The notes below the pieces were generated by a model, which had not been told where the DNA came from, ran no database searches, and was given only the letters and a program-made list of their open reading frames with translations. A stretch of 39,759 bases of DNA. Source: an uncultured Candidatus Saccharibacteria bacterium (GTDB taxonomy: Bacteria > Patescibacteriota > CAZHWT01). The stretch lies in assembly GCA_964536215.1 (NCBI GenBank), contig CAZHWT010000006.1, positions 1-39,759 on the forward strand, in the 5' to 3' direction. Positions 19,579-32,053 of this stretch are shown piece after piece. The translations under genes and the position numbers were made by a program. How positions within the stretch are numbered: the first letter of the stretch is position 1; every line of letters starts with the position of its first letter.

Positions 19579-19973
19579 TACCACACCCTCCCTAGTAGCT
19601 CTCCGCCCACCTTTTTGTCCTTAGCTTCCTTGCCAGTCATAATTCCGGCTGGAGTCGATAGAATAGCCATACCCATACCACCTAACACGGTTGGAATATT
19701 AGCAACTCCCACATACGCCCGGCGACCTGGAGTAGAAACCCGTTCAATCCGAGTCACCGCCGGCCGCTTACCTTCGTAGCGCAATCGCACCACAAAAGAT
19801 TTGTGGCCTTTCCGCTCGGTCACTTGAACATCATCCACAAACCCACCTTGTCGCAGCACACTAAGCACTGCTTCTTTCATTTGAGAGTGAGGCACTTCTA
19901 CCTCGTCCAAACGAGCCAGATAGCCGTTGCGGATACGTGTAAATAAATCAGCGATTGGATCAGTCGTTACCAT
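19578..19973 (-). CDS. rpsH: 30S ribosomal protein uS8
   Basis: DPIADLFTRIRN, STPGRRAY, VGGELL. Confidence 0.98.
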   Translation of the reverse strand: MVTTDPIADLFTRIRNGYLARLDEVEVPHSQMKEAVLSVLRQGGFVDDVQVTERKGHKSFVVRLRYEGKRPAVTRIERVSTPGRRAYVGVANIPTVLGGMGMAILSTPAGIMTGKEAKDKKVGGELLGRVW

Positions 19974-19979
19974 AATAAA

Positions 19980-20165
19980 TTACCAGCTTGCCTTTGTGAT
20001 ACCCGGAATCTGTTGCTTTAAAGCCAACTCGCGGAAGCAAATACGGCACAACCCAAAGTCGCGCATATAAGCCCGTGGACGACCACACCGTCGACAACGA
20101 TGGTGTACCCGAGTCACATATTTCTGAGTTCGAAGACTCTTATTAATTGCTGCTTTTGTTGCCAT
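19980..20165 (-). CDS. rpsN: 30S ribosomal protein uS14 type Z (61 aa, Zn-binding)
   Basis: RCRRCGR...LCRICFRE...KASW. Confidence 0.97.
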   Translation of the reverse strand: MATKAAINKSLRTQKYVTRVHHRCRRCGRPRAYMRDFGLCRICFRELALKQQIPGITKASW

Positions 20166-20202
20166 AGTTTCTAATACCACACTTTCTTCTGTTTGCGCAA
20201 CC

Positions 20203-20748
20203 CTAGGCGTGAGCCAAAGGTAGTCCTAACTTTCGTAATAGCGCTTCAGACTGCTCTGCCTTGCCAGATTTAACCACCAACGTTATCTGTAAGCTGCGCG
20301 TCTTATCCATCTTATTTGGGTCAATTTCCAAAAAAACCACCTGCTCGGGCATGCCAAAAGTATAATTACCGCTCTTATCAAAGCCGCTCAAAGGCAAGCC
20401 CTGAAAATCTCGAGTTCGAGGCAAGACCACTGAGAAAAGTTTGTCGGCAAACTCCCACATCCGTGGACCACGCAAGGTTGCCTTAACCCCAATCTTATCA
20501 CCTTGGCGGACCTTAAAGCCGGCAATTGCCTTCTTGGCTGTCGTAAAAACAGGCTTCTGTCCAGCAATCAGGGTCAAATCCTTTAAAGAAGCTTCCAACT
20601 CTTGTTGATTATCCTTCGAACGCCCCAAACTCATATGCACAATAATCTTATCCAAGACTGGTACTGCCATAGGATTCTTTATACCCAACTCATCCTTTAG
20701 AGCCGGAGCAATTTCTTTAATATACAGTTCTTGCAATCTACTAGCCAT
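20203..20748 (-). CDS. rplE: 50S ribosomal protein uL5
   Basis: [27 protein letters not shown]. Confidence 0.98.
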   Translation of the reverse strand: MASRLQELYIKEIAPALKDELGIKNPMAVPVLDKIIVHMSLGRSKDNQQELEASLKDLTLIAGQKPVFTTAKKAIAGFKVRQGDKIGVKATLRGPRMWEFADKLFSVVLPRTRDFQGLPLSGFDKSGNYTFGMPEQVVFLEIDPNKMDKTRSLQITLVVKSGKAEQSEALLRKLGLPLAHA

Positions 20749-20753
20749 AATCG

Positions 20754-21436
<683 letters not shown>

Positions 21437-21464
21437 AATCGTTATTTCCTATATATGCAAGTCC

Positions 21465-21803
21465 TTATGACTTCTTCCCTTTTCCAGATCGTTTAGCTCC
21501 GGTTGTTTTCGGCTTAGCAACGCGCTTAACCGTCGTTTGTCGGGCTGGTGTCGCCGCTGTAATCACTTCAGCTACTACCCAGCGCTTACGAGCCGATAAG
21601 GGTCGGCTAGCTTCAATGCGAACTGTATCGCCAAGGTTCAGCTCCTGCTCAGTTGCAGATAAATACTTCTTGGTAGAGCGGTATCGCTTATGGTAGAGCG
21701 GATGCACTTTAAAAGTGGTCACCTGCACCGAAACAGTCTTAGTCATACCAGTCGAAACGACTTGTCCAACCAATGATTTAGTAAGTGATGTCTTTTCTTG
21801 CAT
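21465..21803 (-). CDS. rpsQ: 30S ribosomal protein uS17 with basic C-terminal tail
   Basis: GQVVS, HPLYHK, RPLSARKRW. Confidence 0.97.
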   Translation of the reverse strand: MQEKTSLTKSLVGQVVSTGMTKTVSVQVTTFKVHPLYHKRYRSTKKYLSATEQELNLGDTVRIEASRPLSARKRWVVAEVITAATPARQTTVKRVAKPKTTGAKRSGKGKKS

Positions 21804-21805
21804 AA

Positions 21806-22003
21806 TTATTTATCCTGATTCCGAGCAAATGTCTGCAATACAGCCACTTTGCGCTTTAATTGGCCAATTTCACGCACATTAGCCATAACTTGCTGCCCTT
21901 TCTTAAGGCGCAAAGCTACCAACTCTTTCTGAGCTTCAGCAATATCCTGGCGCAATTCCGCCTTGGACTTGTGTCGTAATTGGTCTAATGTTTGTCGTTT
22001 CAT
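21806..22003 (-). CDS. rpmC: 50S ribosomal protein uL29
   Basis: Size and position between rplP and rpsQ; LKRKVAVLQT. Confidence 0.92.
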   Translation of the reverse strand: MKRQTLDQLRHKSKAELRQDIAEAQKELVALRLKKGQQVMANVREIGQLKRKVAVLQTFARNQDK

Positions 22004-22019
22004 AATCTTAAAATCCTAA

Positions 22020-22457
22020 CTAACGGCCTTCCTCCACCATCGGTTCGTCAGCATCGCGAGATAAAATAGTCGTTCCAACTGCCAATTTGTGAGAAGCAAG
22101 GCGTAACGCCTCTCGGGCCAACGTCGGAGATACTCCAGCCATTTCAAATAAAATCGTACCAGGACGAACCACTGCCGCAAAGTGATCCACTGAACCTTTA
22201 CCACTACCCATTCGCACTTCGGCCGGCTTCTTAGTAATTGGCTTATCCGGAAAAATCCGAATCCAAATCTTACCACCACGCTTAGTGTGGTGAGACATGG
22301 CTTTACGAGCTGCTTCAATTTGCCGAGCCGTCACTTCGCCACAATCAAGCGACTTAAGTGCGTACTCACCAAACTCGATTGATGAGCCGCGCCAAGCTTT
22401 ACCCTTCATTCGGCCTCTAAATTGACGTCGATACTTCTGCTTTGATGGTTCAAGCAT
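22020..22457 (-). CDS. rplP: 50S ribosomal protein uL16
   Basis: [22 protein letters not shown]. Confidence 0.98.
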   Translation of the reverse strand: MLEPSKQKYRRQFRGRMKGKAWRGSSIEFGEYALKSLDCGEVTARQIEAARKAMSHHTKRGGKIWIRIFPDKPITKKPAEVRMGSGKGSVDHFAAVVRPGTILFEMAGVSPTLAREALRLASHKLAVGTTILSRDADEPMVEEGR

Positions 22458-23133
22458 GACGACCTCCCTCAAAATTAGTCTTCACGCGAACTGGAGCAAT
22501 TGGCTTCTCTGGATTGCGGCATACCCAAACCTTAACCCCAATCGTGCCATAGCTAGTTACAGCCACGTCAGTCGCAAAATCGATATCAGCGCGCAAGGTA
22601 TGGGAAGGAATTGAGCCTACGGCTTTCTTTTCACTCCGAGCAATATCTGCTCCGTTCAAGCGACCGCTAACAATAATCTTAATACCCTTGGCGCCAGACG
22701 ACATAGTCCGCTCAGCCGAAATACTTACCGCCCGACGAGGCGACATGCGTCGCTCGATCATATCAGCCACATTCCGAGCCACTAAAGCAGCTGACAAGTC
22801 TGGCTTCCGCACTTCGACAATATCTAGCTTACGTAGCTTGGTCCCATCCATTAGGCGCGACTCAATTTCTCTTTTCAAAGACTCGCTACCAGACCCACCA
22901 CGACCAATTGCCATACCTGGTTTAGCCACATAGACAGTAATAGTAATCTCGTTAACTGATCGCTCAATATCTACCCGCTGACAACCAGCATTCTTAAGCT
23001 TCTTGGTCACAAAATCGCGAATCTGCAAGTCTTCGTGCAATAAATCGACATACCGCTTATCATCAAACCAGTTTGAGCTCCAATTTTTAGTTAGGGCCAG
23101 GCGAAAGCCTAGCGGATGTGTTTTGTGTCCCAT
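22450..23133 (-). CDS. rpsC: 30S ribosomal protein uS3
   Basis: [28 protein letters not shown]. Confidence 0.98.
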   Translation of the reverse strand: MGHKTHPLGFRLALTKNWSSNWFDDKRYVDLLHEDLQIRDFVTKKLKNAGCQRVDIERSVNEITITVYVAKPGMAIGRGGSGSESLKREIESRLMDGTKLRKLDIVEVRKPDLSAALVARNVADMIERRMSPRRAVSISAERTMSSGAKGIKIIVSGRLNGADIARSEKKAVGSIPSHTLRADIDFATDVAVTSYGTIGVKVWVCRNPEKPIAPVRVKTNFEGGRHA

Positions 23134-23136
23134 AAC

Positions 23137-23580
23137 TTATTCCTTAACTTCCTCTTGTGTTTCATTCTTCTCTAAAGCCGCTTCCACCTTCTTAGCCTTG
23201 GCTAGACGCTGGAAACTGGACGCTGGACGCTTCTTAACTTCCGGCTTAGCCTCATCAGTTAGTACAACTCGAATATGAGCCATTCGACGCAACATAGTAT
23301 TAGCTCGCCCGCGTGATCGAGCCGACATACGCTTCATAGTTGGGCCTTCGTTAACTTCCAGTGTCTTTATCCACAGTGCATCCTCAGACAACTTAAAGTT
23401 GTTAGTCGCATTCGCAACCGCAGATTTTATCACATCCGACACCGACTTAGCCGCTTTTTTATTCATCAGCTGCAATTGAGTCATAGCTTCCGCCGGAGTA
23501 AGTGAACTCACTGCCGAAGTAACTAATCGCACCTTACGTGGCGACTGATGGACAAACTTGGCCGTAGCTAAAACGTCCAT
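23137..23580 (-). CDS. rplV: 50S ribosomal protein uL22 with repeat-containing C-terminal extension
   Basis: SPRKVRLV, SAVANA, VNEGPTMKR, RGRA. Confidence 0.97.
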   Translation of the reverse strand: MDVLATAKFVHQSPRKVRLVTSAVSSLTPAEAMTQLQLMNKKAAKSVSDVIKSAVANATNNFKLSEDALWIKTLEVNEGPTMKRMSARSRGRANTMLRRMAHIRVVLTDEAKPEVKKRPASSFQRLAKAKKVEAALEKNETQEEVKE

Positions 23581-23864
23581 TACTTACCACCCTTTCCAAC
23601 TGCATTCTTACGAGCATGAGTCCTAAAAGTGCGGGTCAAAGCAAATTCACCCAACTTATGACCAACCATAGCCTCCGAAACAAACACTGGCACATGAATG
23701 CGACCGTTGTGAACGCCAAATGTATGGCCGACCATATCCGGACTAATTGCTGAAGCGCGAGCCCACGTCTTAATCACTTCTTTACGCCCCATCTGATTGA
23801 GTCGTTGTACCTTCAAAATCAATTTTTCGTCCACGAATGGACCTTTTTTACTCGATCGTGACAT
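23580..23864 (-). CDS. rpsS: 30S ribosomal protein uS19
   Basis: [21 protein letters not shown]. Confidence 0.98.
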   Translation of the reverse strand: MSRSSKKGPFVDEKLILKVQRLNQMGRKEVIKTWARASAISPDMVGHTFGVHNGRIHVPVFVSEAMVGHKLGEFALTRTFRTHARKNAVGKGGK

Positions 23865-23869
23865 AATTC

Positions 23870-24697
23870 TTACTTTCTGCGGCGCACAATAAGCGCATTA
23901 GATGCTTTATTTTTCTTCCGAGTTCGATACCCCATAGCTGGCTTACCCCAAGGCGTCTTTGGTGCCATACCAATACCAGACTTACCTTCACCACCACCGT
24001 GTGGGTGGTCGTTGGGGTTCATGGCTACACCACGAGTACCTGGTCGTCGGCCCATATGGCGGCTCCGACCAGCTTTACCAATTTTAATCGTACCGTGTTG
24101 CGTATTGCCAACGACACCAATTGTAGCACAACATGACAAGAGCACCTGACGAATTTCGCCACTTGGTAACTTTAGTTGGGCTTTACCGTTATCTTTGGAC
24201 ATTAATTGCACAAACGCACCAGCTGCTCGAGCCATCTGACCACCGCGCCCTGGTATCAATTCCACGTTATGTACAATCGTACCCAACGGAATTCGCTCAA
24301 GCGGCATAGTATGACCAGTCTTAATATCAGCGGTGTCTCCGGAGGTAACCGTGTCCCCCACCTTTAAGCCTTCAGGTGCCAAAATATACTTCTTCTCGCC
24401 ATCGGCATAAGCAATTAAGGCGATATGACTAGACCGATTTGGGTCATATTCTAAAGTCTGTACCACAGCTGGAATAGCCTTCTTGGTCCGCGCAAAATCA
24501 ACCAAACGGAACATCCGCTTGGCCCCACCACCACGATGACGGGTAGTGATTTTACCCCGAACATTACGCCCAGCCGTCTTATGGCGACCTCGCGTCAAGC
24601 TTTTCTCTGGTCGCACATTCTTAGTCAACTCTTCGTGCTTAATGCCCGTCTTAAATCGTTGGCCTGGTGTAATTGGTCTAAATGTCTTAATAGCCAT
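23870..24697 (-). CDS. rplB: 50S ribosomal protein uL2
   Basis: [24 protein letters not shown]. Confidence 0.98.
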   Translation of the reverse strand: MAIKTFRPITPGQRFKTGIKHEELTKNVRPEKSLTRGRHKTAGRNVRGKITTRHRGGGAKRMFRLVDFARTKKAIPAVVQTLEYDPNRSSHIALIAYADGEKKYILAPEGLKVGDTVTSGDTADIKTGHTMPLERIPLGTIVHNVELIPGRGGQMARAAGAFVQLMSKDNGKAQLKLPSGEIRQVLLSCCATIGVVGNTQHGTIKIGKAGRSRHMGRRPGTRGVAMNPNDHPHGGGEGKSGIGMAPKTPWGKPAMGYRTRKKNKASNALIVRRRK

Positions 24698-24701
24698 AAT
24701 C

Positions 24702-24998
24702 TTATTCCTCAGCTCCACCTACCAAATCAAGCTTTTGCCCCTCTTTCAAGGAAACATAAGCCTTTTTCTGGAATACAGCCGGATTCTCCACCCGCTTCTT
24801 TGTCTGACGGCGTGGGCTAGTCCGGAATTGAGCGGTTGTCACTTTAGTGACATTCACGTCATAATGACGCTCAATCGCCTTCTTAATCTCTTCTTTACGA
24901 GCCCGAATATCAACAATAAAAGCATACTGTTGCCCACCAGCTACCCTCACGGCTTTTTCAGAAATCACTGGTTGTAGTAATACGTCAGTCGTTTGCAT
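24702..24998 (-). CDS. rplW: 50S ribosomal protein uL23
   Basis: [22 protein letters not shown]. Confidence 0.96.
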   Translation of the reverse strand: MQTTDVLLQPVISEKAVRVAGGQQYAFIVDIRARKEEIKKAIERHYDVNVTKVTTAQFRTSPRRQTKKRVENPAVFQKKAYVSLKEGQKLDLVGGAEE

Positions 24999-25001
24999 GA
25001 T

Positions 25002-25811
25002 TTATGCCTTTTCCTCTTTCTTAGCTGCCGCTTTTTTAACCGCTGGCTTTTTAGCAGCTGTCGACTTGGCTGTCGATGCAGGTTTCTCAGAAGTCTTGGT
25101 TGCAGCAGCCTTCTTAGCTACCGGCTTCTCAAGCTCAGCATTCGCTTTGCTTGCTTCCTTGCTATCTTGCTGGCTTGCGACCTTATCACCATTCAAGAAC
25201 GTTTCTTCCAAAGTCGCCAAGCTATCTTTCAAAAACACTACTGTCTGATATTTTAAAATCTCGTACGGGTGCAAGACTGATGCCATAACTACCTTAATGT
25301 CACCTAGATTGCGAGCTGCACGAATAATTGCTTCATCTTTAGATGCTGTCACCAACAAGGTCGTCCGACCGACTGGCAGAGCCGTCATTACTTCCTGTAA
25401 CTTGCTGGTCTTAACTTCCGACAAAGTCAGCGCATCTAAGATTAAGACTTGCTCAGATCGCACTTTATCACTCAGCGAAGAGAACAAAGCCGCCCGGCGC
25501 ATCTGAGTTGGCAGATCCAAATGGAGTGTCCGCGATCGTGGTCCCAAAGCTACGCCACCACCAATCCAGATAGGCGAGCGAGTCGAACCATGTCGAGCCC
25601 GACCAGTACCCTTCTGGCGCCATGGCTTGCGGCCTCCGCCTCGTACTTCAGCACGAGTCTGAGTATGAGCATTGCCCAACCGTGCGTTGGTCAAACGGAC
25701 CCGAATAGCCTGAGCAACCAGAGGAGCATTGCTAGGTCGGCCAAAAATAGCCTCATTTAAGCTCACATCCGCCACCTTCTTGCCTTGTTGGTTAAATACG
25801 TCAACTTGCAT
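25002..25811 (-). CDS. rplD: 50S ribosomal protein uL4 with long C-terminal extension
   Basis: [20 protein letters not shown]; ~60 extra C-terminal residues. Confidence 0.98.
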   Translation of the reverse strand: MQVDVFNQQGKKVADVSLNEAIFGRPSNAPLVAQAIRVRLTNARLGNAHTQTRAEVRGGGRKPWRQKGTGRARHGSTRSPIWIGGGVALGPRSRTLHLDLPTQMRRAALFSSLSDKVRSEQVLILDALTLSEVKTSKLQEVMTALPVGRTTLLVTASKDEAIIRAARNLGDIKVVMASVLHPYEILKYQTVVFLKDSLATLEETFLNGDKVASQQDSKEASKANAELEKPVAKKAAATKTSEKPASTAKSTAAKKPAVKKAAAKKEEKA

Positions 25812-25815
25812 GTAA

Positions 25816-26433
25816 TTATCCTTGCTTAATCAGCAATACCAAAGATTCATTAGCTCCAGGTACTGCTCCCTTAATAAATAGTCGGTTACCCTCTATAGAT
25901 ACAACCTGTAATCCTCGAGTAGTAATCTGACGGGCTCCCATGTGTCCAGCCATCTTCTTACCTTTCCAAACGCGTCCAGGCGAAGTTCCAGCACCAATAC
26001 TTCCCAAAGCTCGGTGACGATCGCTCTGACCGTGTGTCTTGGGGCCGCCAGCAAATCCCCACCGACGCACGCCACCTTGAAACCCTTTACCCTTGGAAAT
26101 ACCTTGAGCCTTAATAATGTCACCAGCTGCTAATACATCAGTCGCCACTATGACCTTTCCGGCCTCAACCCCTTCGAGGTCTTCGACTCTCTCTTCGCGG
26201 AATCTGCGAGGTGTGGTCTCCAAATGCTTGGTCTGACCAGCCACTGGCTTAGTGATAGCATTCTTGCGTGCTTCACCGTAACCAACTTGAACTGCGATAT
26301 AGCCATCTTTATCTGCAGTCTTAGTTCGATTCACTACAGCCGGCTCAGCCTCCAATACGGTGACTGGAATCTGGCGACCTTGCTCGTCAAACACTTGGGT
26401 CATTTCAATTTTACGTGCTAATAATTGTTTCAT
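25816..26433 (-). CDS. rplC: 50S ribosomal protein uL3
   Basis: MTQVF, KGKGFQG, GKKMAGHMG, KGAVPG. Confidence 0.98.
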   Translation of the reverse strand: MKQLLARKIEMTQVFDEQGRQIPVTVLEAEPAVVNRTKTADKDGYIAVQVGYGEARKNAITKPVAGQTKHLETTPRRFREERVEDLEGVEAGKVIVATDVLAAGDIIKAQGISKGKGFQGGVRRWGFAGGPKTHGQSDRHRALGSIGAGTSPGRVWKGKKMAGHMGARQITTRGLQVVSIEGNRLFIKGAVPGANESLVLLIKQG

Positions 26434-26561
26434 GGTTTTATCACTCTTCACAAGACGTGGGCCTGAGCCTCCTAGGTCAATAACTGTTTCCTGCTAGCGC
26501 GTGTGGCATGCGGACATATCATTGCCTGTTGGGGAAGCAAAGCCCAAATCGCGTGAATTAT

Positions 26562-26870
26562 TTACATTTTAACTTCGATGTTAACTCCCGCTGGCACGGT
26601 TAGGTGCATAAGAGAATCAATCGTCTTCGGTGTGGGTTCTAGAATATCAATCAGCCGCTTATGTGTACGCATCTCAAAAGCCTCTCGCGAGTCTTTATCG
26701 ATGTGAGGTCCACGGATAACCGTAAACTTGGCGATTTCGGTCGGCAACGGCACTGGTCCGGCAATCTTTGCCCCAGTCCGCAAGGCCGTGTCCAAAATCT
26801 CTTCAGAAGTTTGATCTAACACCTTGCTATCGTAAGATTTTAATCGTACGCGAATGCGTCCTTTAGCCAT
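26562..26870 (-). CDS. rpsJ: 30S ribosomal protein uS10
   Basis: [18 protein letters not shown]. Confidence 0.98.
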   Translation of the reverse strand: MAKGRIRVRLKSYDSKVLDQTSEEILDTALRTGAKIAGPVPLPTEIAKFTVIRGPHIDKDSREAFEMRTHKRLIDILEPTPKTIDSLMHLTVPAGVNIEVKM

Positions 26871-26954
26871 ATAATTAACCCTTATACACTATATTTAACT
26901 CAGATGCAACCCTGCACTAGCCCTAAAGCTACTGCAGGGAGTGTATCTGGGTGA

Positions 26955-28154
26955 TTAAGCAATCACCTTAGTTACAACACCAGCACCAACAGTGCGGCCA
27001 CCTTCTCGGATAGCGAAGCGCAATCCATCTTCCAAAGCCACTGGAACAATCAACTTCACTTTCATAGTGATGTTATCTCCTGGCATGATCATTTCCTTAC
27101 CATCAGGTAAAGTAACTTCACCAGTCACATCAGTTGTTCGCAGATAGAACTGAGGTCGATATCCATTCAAGAATGGAGTGTGGCGTCCGCCTTCTTCCTT
27201 CTTCAGAACATACACTTCAGCTTCAAACTCAACGTGTGGCTTAATGCTACCGGTCTTAGCCAAAACTTGACCGCGCTCGATACCATCACGATCCACGCCT
27301 CGCAATAGCAATCCAACATTATCTCCAGCCTGACCTTCGTCCAAAGACTTCTTGAACATTTCAACGCCGGTTACAACCGTCTTCTTAATGGCATCACCCA
27401 TACCGACGATTTCAACTTCATCATTTACCTTAACGATACCGCGCTCAATACGACCAGTTGCTACGGTTCCGCGTCCAGAAATGGTGAACACATCTTCAAC
27501 CGGCATTAGGAACGGCTGGTCAATTGGACGCTCAGGCACTGGAATGTAGTCATCCACGTGCTGCATTAACTCAACAATAGCCTTTACATTAGGATCATTT
27601 TCGTCAATAGAACCCGCTTCCAATACTGCCAAAGCGCTTCCGCGGACAATTGGTGTATTGTCGCCATCAAAGCCCTGCTTAGACAACAGCTCACGAATTT
27701 CCATTTCGACCAAGTCTGCCAACTCAGGGTCAGATACCTGATCCATCTTGTTCATAAATACCACGATCTTTGGTACGTTCACCTGGTGAGCTAACAGAAT
27801 GTGCTCACGAGTCTGAGGCATAGGACCGTCAGCGGCAGATACTACTAAGATAGCACCATCCATCTGAGCAGCACCGGTAATCATGTTCTTAATGTAGTCG
27901 GCGTGTCCAGGAGCATCAATGTGGGCATAGTGATACTTATCGGTTTCATACTCAGTGTGTGAAATAGAAATGGTAATACCACGTGCCTTCTCTTCTGGAG
28001 CTGAGTCAATAGCATCGTATGCTTTATAATGTGCTCCACCCTTAGTCTCCAAAACCCGGGTAATTGCCGCGGTTAAGGATGTTTTACCATGGTCCACGTG
28101 ACCGATGGTTCCCACATTCTTATGTGGTTTATTTCGCTCGAATTTTTCAGCCAT
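26955..28154 (-). CDS. tuf: Elongation factor Tu
   Basis: [29 protein letters not shown]. Confidence 0.99.
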   Translation of the reverse strand: MAEKFERNKPHKNVGTIGHVDHGKTSLTAAITRVLETKGGAHYKAYDAIDSAPEEKARGITISISHTEYETDKYHYAHIDAPGHADYIKNMITGAAQMDGAILVVSAADGPMPQTREHILLAHQVNVPKIVVFMNKMDQVSDPELADLVEMEIRELLSKQGFDGDNTPIVRGSALAVLEAGSIDENDPNVKAIVELMQHVDDYIPVPERPIDQPFLMPVEDVFTISGRGTVATGRIERGIVKVNDEVEIVGMGDAIKKTVVTGVEMFKKSLDEGQAGDNVGLLLRGVDRDGIERGQVLAKTGSIKPHVEFEAEVYVLKKEEGGRHTPFLNGYRPQFYLRTTDVTGEVTLPDGKEMIMPGDNITMKVKLIVPVALEDGLRFAIREGGRTVGAGVVTKVIA

Positions 28155-28197
28155 ACAAACCTCCTTAAAAGTTTAATAGTTACAAATAATTTGTCGC

Positions 28198-30279
28198 TTA
28201 ATGCGCTCCTCGTTGTTCGATTAATGTTTGAGCTACGTTCTTAGGCACTTCTTGATAATGAGACGGCTCCATAGCATAGCTAGCTCGCCCTTGAGTCATG
28301 CCTCGCAACTGGGTTGCGTAACCAAACATCTCAGACAATGGCACTTGAGCATGAACCACCCGGACTCCACCTCGGCTCTCCATCTCACTTACCTGACCGC
28401 GCTTACTGTTAAGATCACCAATGACATCGCCCATAAAGTCTTCTGGCGTAGTAACTTCTACTTTCATTATTGGCTCCAGCAGCTTCGGATCAGCTTTGCG
28501 CACCCCTTCTTTAAGGGCCATGCTAGCGGCAATCTTAAAGGCTACTTCAGAAGAGTCAACTTCATGGAAGGATCCGTCATACAGTGTAACCTTTGTGTCA
28601 ACTAAAGGATAGCCGGCAATTACACCACTATCCCAAGTTTCCTGCACACCCTTCTGCACAGCCGGGAAGTACTCCCGAGGCACGGCCCCACCAGTCACTT
28701 CATTACCAAACTCGTTGCCCTCACCTGGGTTTTTTGGCTCAATCCGCAGGAAGACGTGACCATATTGACCTCGACCACCAGACTGCTTAATGTATTTACC
28801 TTCCTGCTCAACCATTTTACCAATTGACTCCCGATAAGCAACTTGGGGTGCACCTACATTTGCCTCGACGTGGAATTCCCGCTTCATCCGGTCCACCTGA
28901 ATATCCAAGTGCAACTCGCCCATACCGCCCAGCAGTGTCTGGCCAGTTTCAGGATTAGACGTAACCGTAAAGGTCGGATCTTCCTCAGATAACCGCTTCA
29001 ACGCCAAACCCATCTTCTCCTGGTCGGCTTTACTCTTCGGTTCGACTGCCACCGTAATAACCGGCTCGGAGAACTTAATCGATTCCAGCAACACATTAGT
29101 GCCTTCCGCACACAGCGTATCACCAGTGATAGTATCCTTAAGTCCCACAGCTGCGGCAATATCCCCAGCGTAGCACTCGGCAATCTCTTCCCGGTGATTA
29201 GAGTGCATCTGCAAAACACGACCAACCCGCTCTTTGGAGCCCTGAGTTGAGTTATAAATGTACGATCCCGACTTAAGCACTCCAGAATAAACACGGAAGT
29301 AGGTCAATCGACCCACAAACGGATCCGACATAATCTTAAAGGCCAAAGCCACAAACGGCGCCTCATCCTTAGGTTCAACTGGAATTTCCTTATCAGGATC
29401 TTTTGGATCGTGTCCCATTACTGATCCCACGTCCAACGGAGACGGTAGATAATCAATCACTGCGTCTAATAATAACTGCACACCCTTGTTCTTCAATGAC
29501 GACCCAGTTAATACCGGCACCAACTTGGCTTCAATAGTCGCCTGACGCAACCCCTTCTTGAGTTCGTCCAAAGTCAGCTCTTCACCATTTAAATACTTTT
29601 CCAGCAGCTCGTCATTAGATTCAGCGATCTGCTCAACCAGTATGGAATGATACTTCTCGTATTGCTCCTTCATGTCTTCTGGTACGTCAGTCTCTTCCAT
29701 TTCCACACCCTTATCGTCTTTCCAGATAGTGGTCTTGCCGTCTAAGACACGCACTACGCCAGTGAAGTCAGATTCTGTTCCAATCGGCAGCTGCAATACA
29801 GCTGGCTTAGCCTGAAGTCGCTCTTTAATAGACTCAACGCAGCGATAAAAATCAGCTCCCATTCGGTCCAGCTTATTTACAAAACAAATACGTGGCACAT
29901 GGTACTTATCAGCCTGACGCCAAACCGTCTCCGACTGAGGCTCCACACCGGCTACACCGTCAAACAACACTACCCCGCCATCAAGCACGCGCAAAGAGCG
30001 CTCCACTTCAGCCGTAAAGTCAACGTGTCCAGGGGTATCAATAATATTAATGCGAAAATCATGCCAGAAACAGGTCGTCGCTGCTGAGGTAATGGTAATA
30101 CCTCGCTCTTGCTCCTGCTCCATCCAGTCCATTACTGCAGATCCTTCGTGCGTTTCACCAATCTTATACGTTTTACCGGTGTAATACAGAATCCGTTCGG
30201 TCGTAGTCGTCTTACCCGCGTCAATGTGGGCAATAATACCAATGTTGCGAATTTTATCTAAAGTGTGTGTTCGTGCCAT
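28198..30279 (-). CDS. fusA: Elongation factor G
   Basis: [33 protein letters not shown]. Confidence 0.99.
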   Translation of the reverse strand: MARTHTLDKIRNIGIIAHIDAGKTTTTERILYYTGKTYKIGETHEGSAVMDWMEQEQERGITITSAATTCFWHDFRINIIDTPGHVDFTAEVERSLRVLDGGVVLFDGVAGVEPQSETVWRQADKYHVPRICFVNKLDRMGADFYRCVESIKERLQAKPAVLQLPIGTESDFTGVVRVLDGKTTIWKDDKGVEMEETDVPEDMKEQYEKYHSILVEQIAESNDELLEKYLNGEELTLDELKKGLRQATIEAKLVPVLTGSSLKNKGVQLLLDAVIDYLPSPLDVGSVMGHDPKDPDKEIPVEPKDEAPFVALAFKIMSDPFVGRLTYFRVYSGVLKSGSYIYNSTQGSKERVGRVLQMHSNHREEIAECYAGDIAAAVGLKDTITGDTLCAEGTNVLLESIKFSEPVITVAVEPKSKADQEKMGLALKRLSEEDPTFTVTSNPETGQTLLGGMGELHLDIQVDRMKREFHVEANVGAPQVAYRESIGKMVEQEGKYIKQSGGRGQYGHVFLRIEPKNPGEGNEFGNEVTGGAVPREYFPAVQKGVQETWDSGVIAGYPLVDTKVTLYDGSFHEVDSSEVAFKIAASMALKEGVRKADPKLLEPIMKVEVTTPEDFMGDVIGDLNSKRGQVSEMESRGGVRVVHAQVPLSEMFGYATQLRGMTQGRASYAMEPSHYQEVPKNVAQTLIEQRGAH

Positions 30280-30358
30280 AGTTACAGTAATTCCAATACT
30301 CTTTTTCTAGAACCTAAAAACCTTTAACCTGAAACTTATTTTAAATACTAGTCTCAGA

Positions 30359-30829
30359 TTAGTATTTAAAATGTGAGAAGGCTCGGTTGGCGTCTGCCAT
30401 CTTCTGCATATCCTCACGTCGCTTCACGGCTCCACCAGCATTGCGTGAAGCATCCAGCAATTCAGCAGCTAACTTCTCTTTCATCGACCGGCCTGGTCGC
30501 GCTTTAGCAAATTGAATCAGCCAACGCTGAGCCAATGCCTCTTTACGGTCACCCCGAACCTCAACTGGCACCTGGTAGCTCGAACCACCAACCCGACGAG
30601 ACTTAACCTCCTGGCGAGGCGACACATTGCGCATAGCCAGTTCAAAAATCTCAATCGGACTACCGGCATCTTTTTCAGACTTTAACTCGTCCAAAGCACC
30701 GTAGACCACACCTTCAGCCACAGTCTTCTTACCACCAATCATGACTCGGTTAATAAACTTGGCAATAACCGCAGAATTATAAATTGGATCCGGCGCAATC
30801 GCGCGCTTAGGGGCTCGTTTACCACGCAT
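30359..30829 (-). CDS. rpsG: 30S ribosomal protein uS7
   Basis: SRRVGG, YQVP, MADANRAFSH. Confidence 0.98.
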   Translation of the reverse strand: MRGKRAPKRAIAPDPIYNSAVIAKFINRVMIGGKKTVAEGVVYGALDELKSEKDAGSPIEIFELAMRNVSPRQEVKSRRVGGSSYQVPVEVRGDRKEALAQRWLIQFAKARPGRSMKEKLAAELLDASRNAGGAVKRREDMQKMADANRAFSHFKY

Positions 30830-30839
30830 AATTAATTCC

Positions 30840-31274
30840 TTAAGAAGCCTTAGCTCCCTTTACTCCTTCAGTCCGCTTAGCGCCATAGCGAGATCGACCT
30901 TGCTTGCGGCCATCCACACCTTTGGCGTCTAAAACACCGCGGATAATATGATACTTAACACCCGGCAAATCCTTCACTCGACCACCACGCACCATCACAA
31001 TTGAGTGCTCCTGTAGGTTGTGGCCTTCACCTGGAATGTAAGCCGTTACTTCATTACGATTGCTCAGCTTAACCCTGGCTACTTTACGTAAAGCCGAGTT
31101 AGGCTTCTTAGGCGTCATGGTCTTCACAATCGTGCAGACGCCACGCTTCATCGGGTTCATGGTAGGGGCTACAATCCGCTTATGAGCATTGTAGTTACCG
31201 CGCAAACCAGTACCCTTAACTTTAGTAGCTTTTTCTTGTCGTCCTTTGCGGACCAATTGATTAACTGTTGGCAT
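30840..31274 (-). CDS. rpsL: 30S ribosomal protein uS12
   Basis: [27 protein letters not shown]. Confidence 0.99.
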   Translation of the reverse strand: MPTVNQLVRKGRQEKATKVKGTGLRGNYNAHKRIVAPTMNPMKRGVCTIVKTMTPKKPNSALRKVARVKLSNRNEVTAYIPGEGHNLQEHSIVMVRGGRVKDLPGVKYHIIRGVLDAKGVDGRKQGRSRYGAKRTEGVKGAKAS

Positions 31275-31393
31275 AAGATATAGCTGTTCCCCGGAAGATT
31301 TCTTCCGTAATTCTTCAAAATCTCTGACAATCAAGATTATTCATCCTGACTAAGTCAAAAATATTCGCCTTTCAGATACAGGCGACAAGGCGG

Positions 31394-31422
31394 ATTATAC
31401 TGAATATTTCCCCGAGAGTCAA
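31394..31422 (-). promoter_or_regulatory. Sigma70 promoter of the str operon
   Basis: Minus strand TTGACT-N17-TATAAT-CCGCC. Confidence 0.85.
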
Positions 31423-31458
31423 CCCCATTTCTTGACTACTTTCAATCAGCTAATAACA

Positions 31459-31490
31459 AGATACCCCGACCCAATCGTGACGGGGCATCT
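31459..31490 (-). terminator. Stem-loop after the 31508-32014 ORF
   Basis: Minus strand AGATGCCCCG...CGGGGTATCT, followed by TGTTATT. Confidence 0.6.
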
Positions 31491-31507
31491 ATATCTATGC
31501 ATCGCAA

Positions 31508-32014
31508 CTAGAAAAGCTCCAACTGATGAGGTTGATCGCCATCATGAGCCTCATCTATGCTTCGAACAGAAGCTTGGATGTCTTTACCCGTCGCAACTCC
31601 AAGTGAGTCCGGCCGCAGTCGCCAGGGCAGATTTCTACACAACGCCCAAATGCGCTGCTTTCCGCCGTTAGCCGGATCGGCCCACTTTTCATTCCGCTTC
31701 ATCAGTCGATAAACCCGAGCCTTCTTGCTGGGACCCAACCAAACCAGACAACGCAACATAGCCTCCACATTGTGCGGCGCCATATACGTCGTCTCGCCAG
31801 CCAGGAACCGACTAACTGCCTCTCGCTCTTTGACTCGCAAACTTGCGAACAATTCATTCATCGAGTCTTCAGAGGTCGAATCATATCGCTCGTCAATATA
31901 CCCGACTACTACACAATGCAAACAGGCACGGTCATCCTGCCTATCTGTCCGACAGGCCTCATCCAGCCGTCGCTGTAATTGTGTTCGTAGCGAGAAAGCC
32001 GTAGTGCTCGACAT
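31508..32014 (-). CDS. Hypothetical protein (168 aa)
   Basis: AAGGAG RBS, own promoter and downstream hairpin; no family recognised. Confidence 0.65.
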   Translation of the reverse strand: MSSTTAFSLRTQLQRRLDEACRTDRQDDRACLHCVVVGYIDERYDSTSEDSMNELFASLRVKEREAVSRFLAGETTYMAPHNVEAMLRCLVWLGPSKKARVYRLMKRNEKWADPANGGKQRIWALCRNLPWRLRPDSLGVATGKDIQASVRSIDEAHDGDQPHQLELF

Positions 32015-32053
32015 TGTCTATCTCTCCTTGGTCAATCGAGCTGTTAGACGCGC

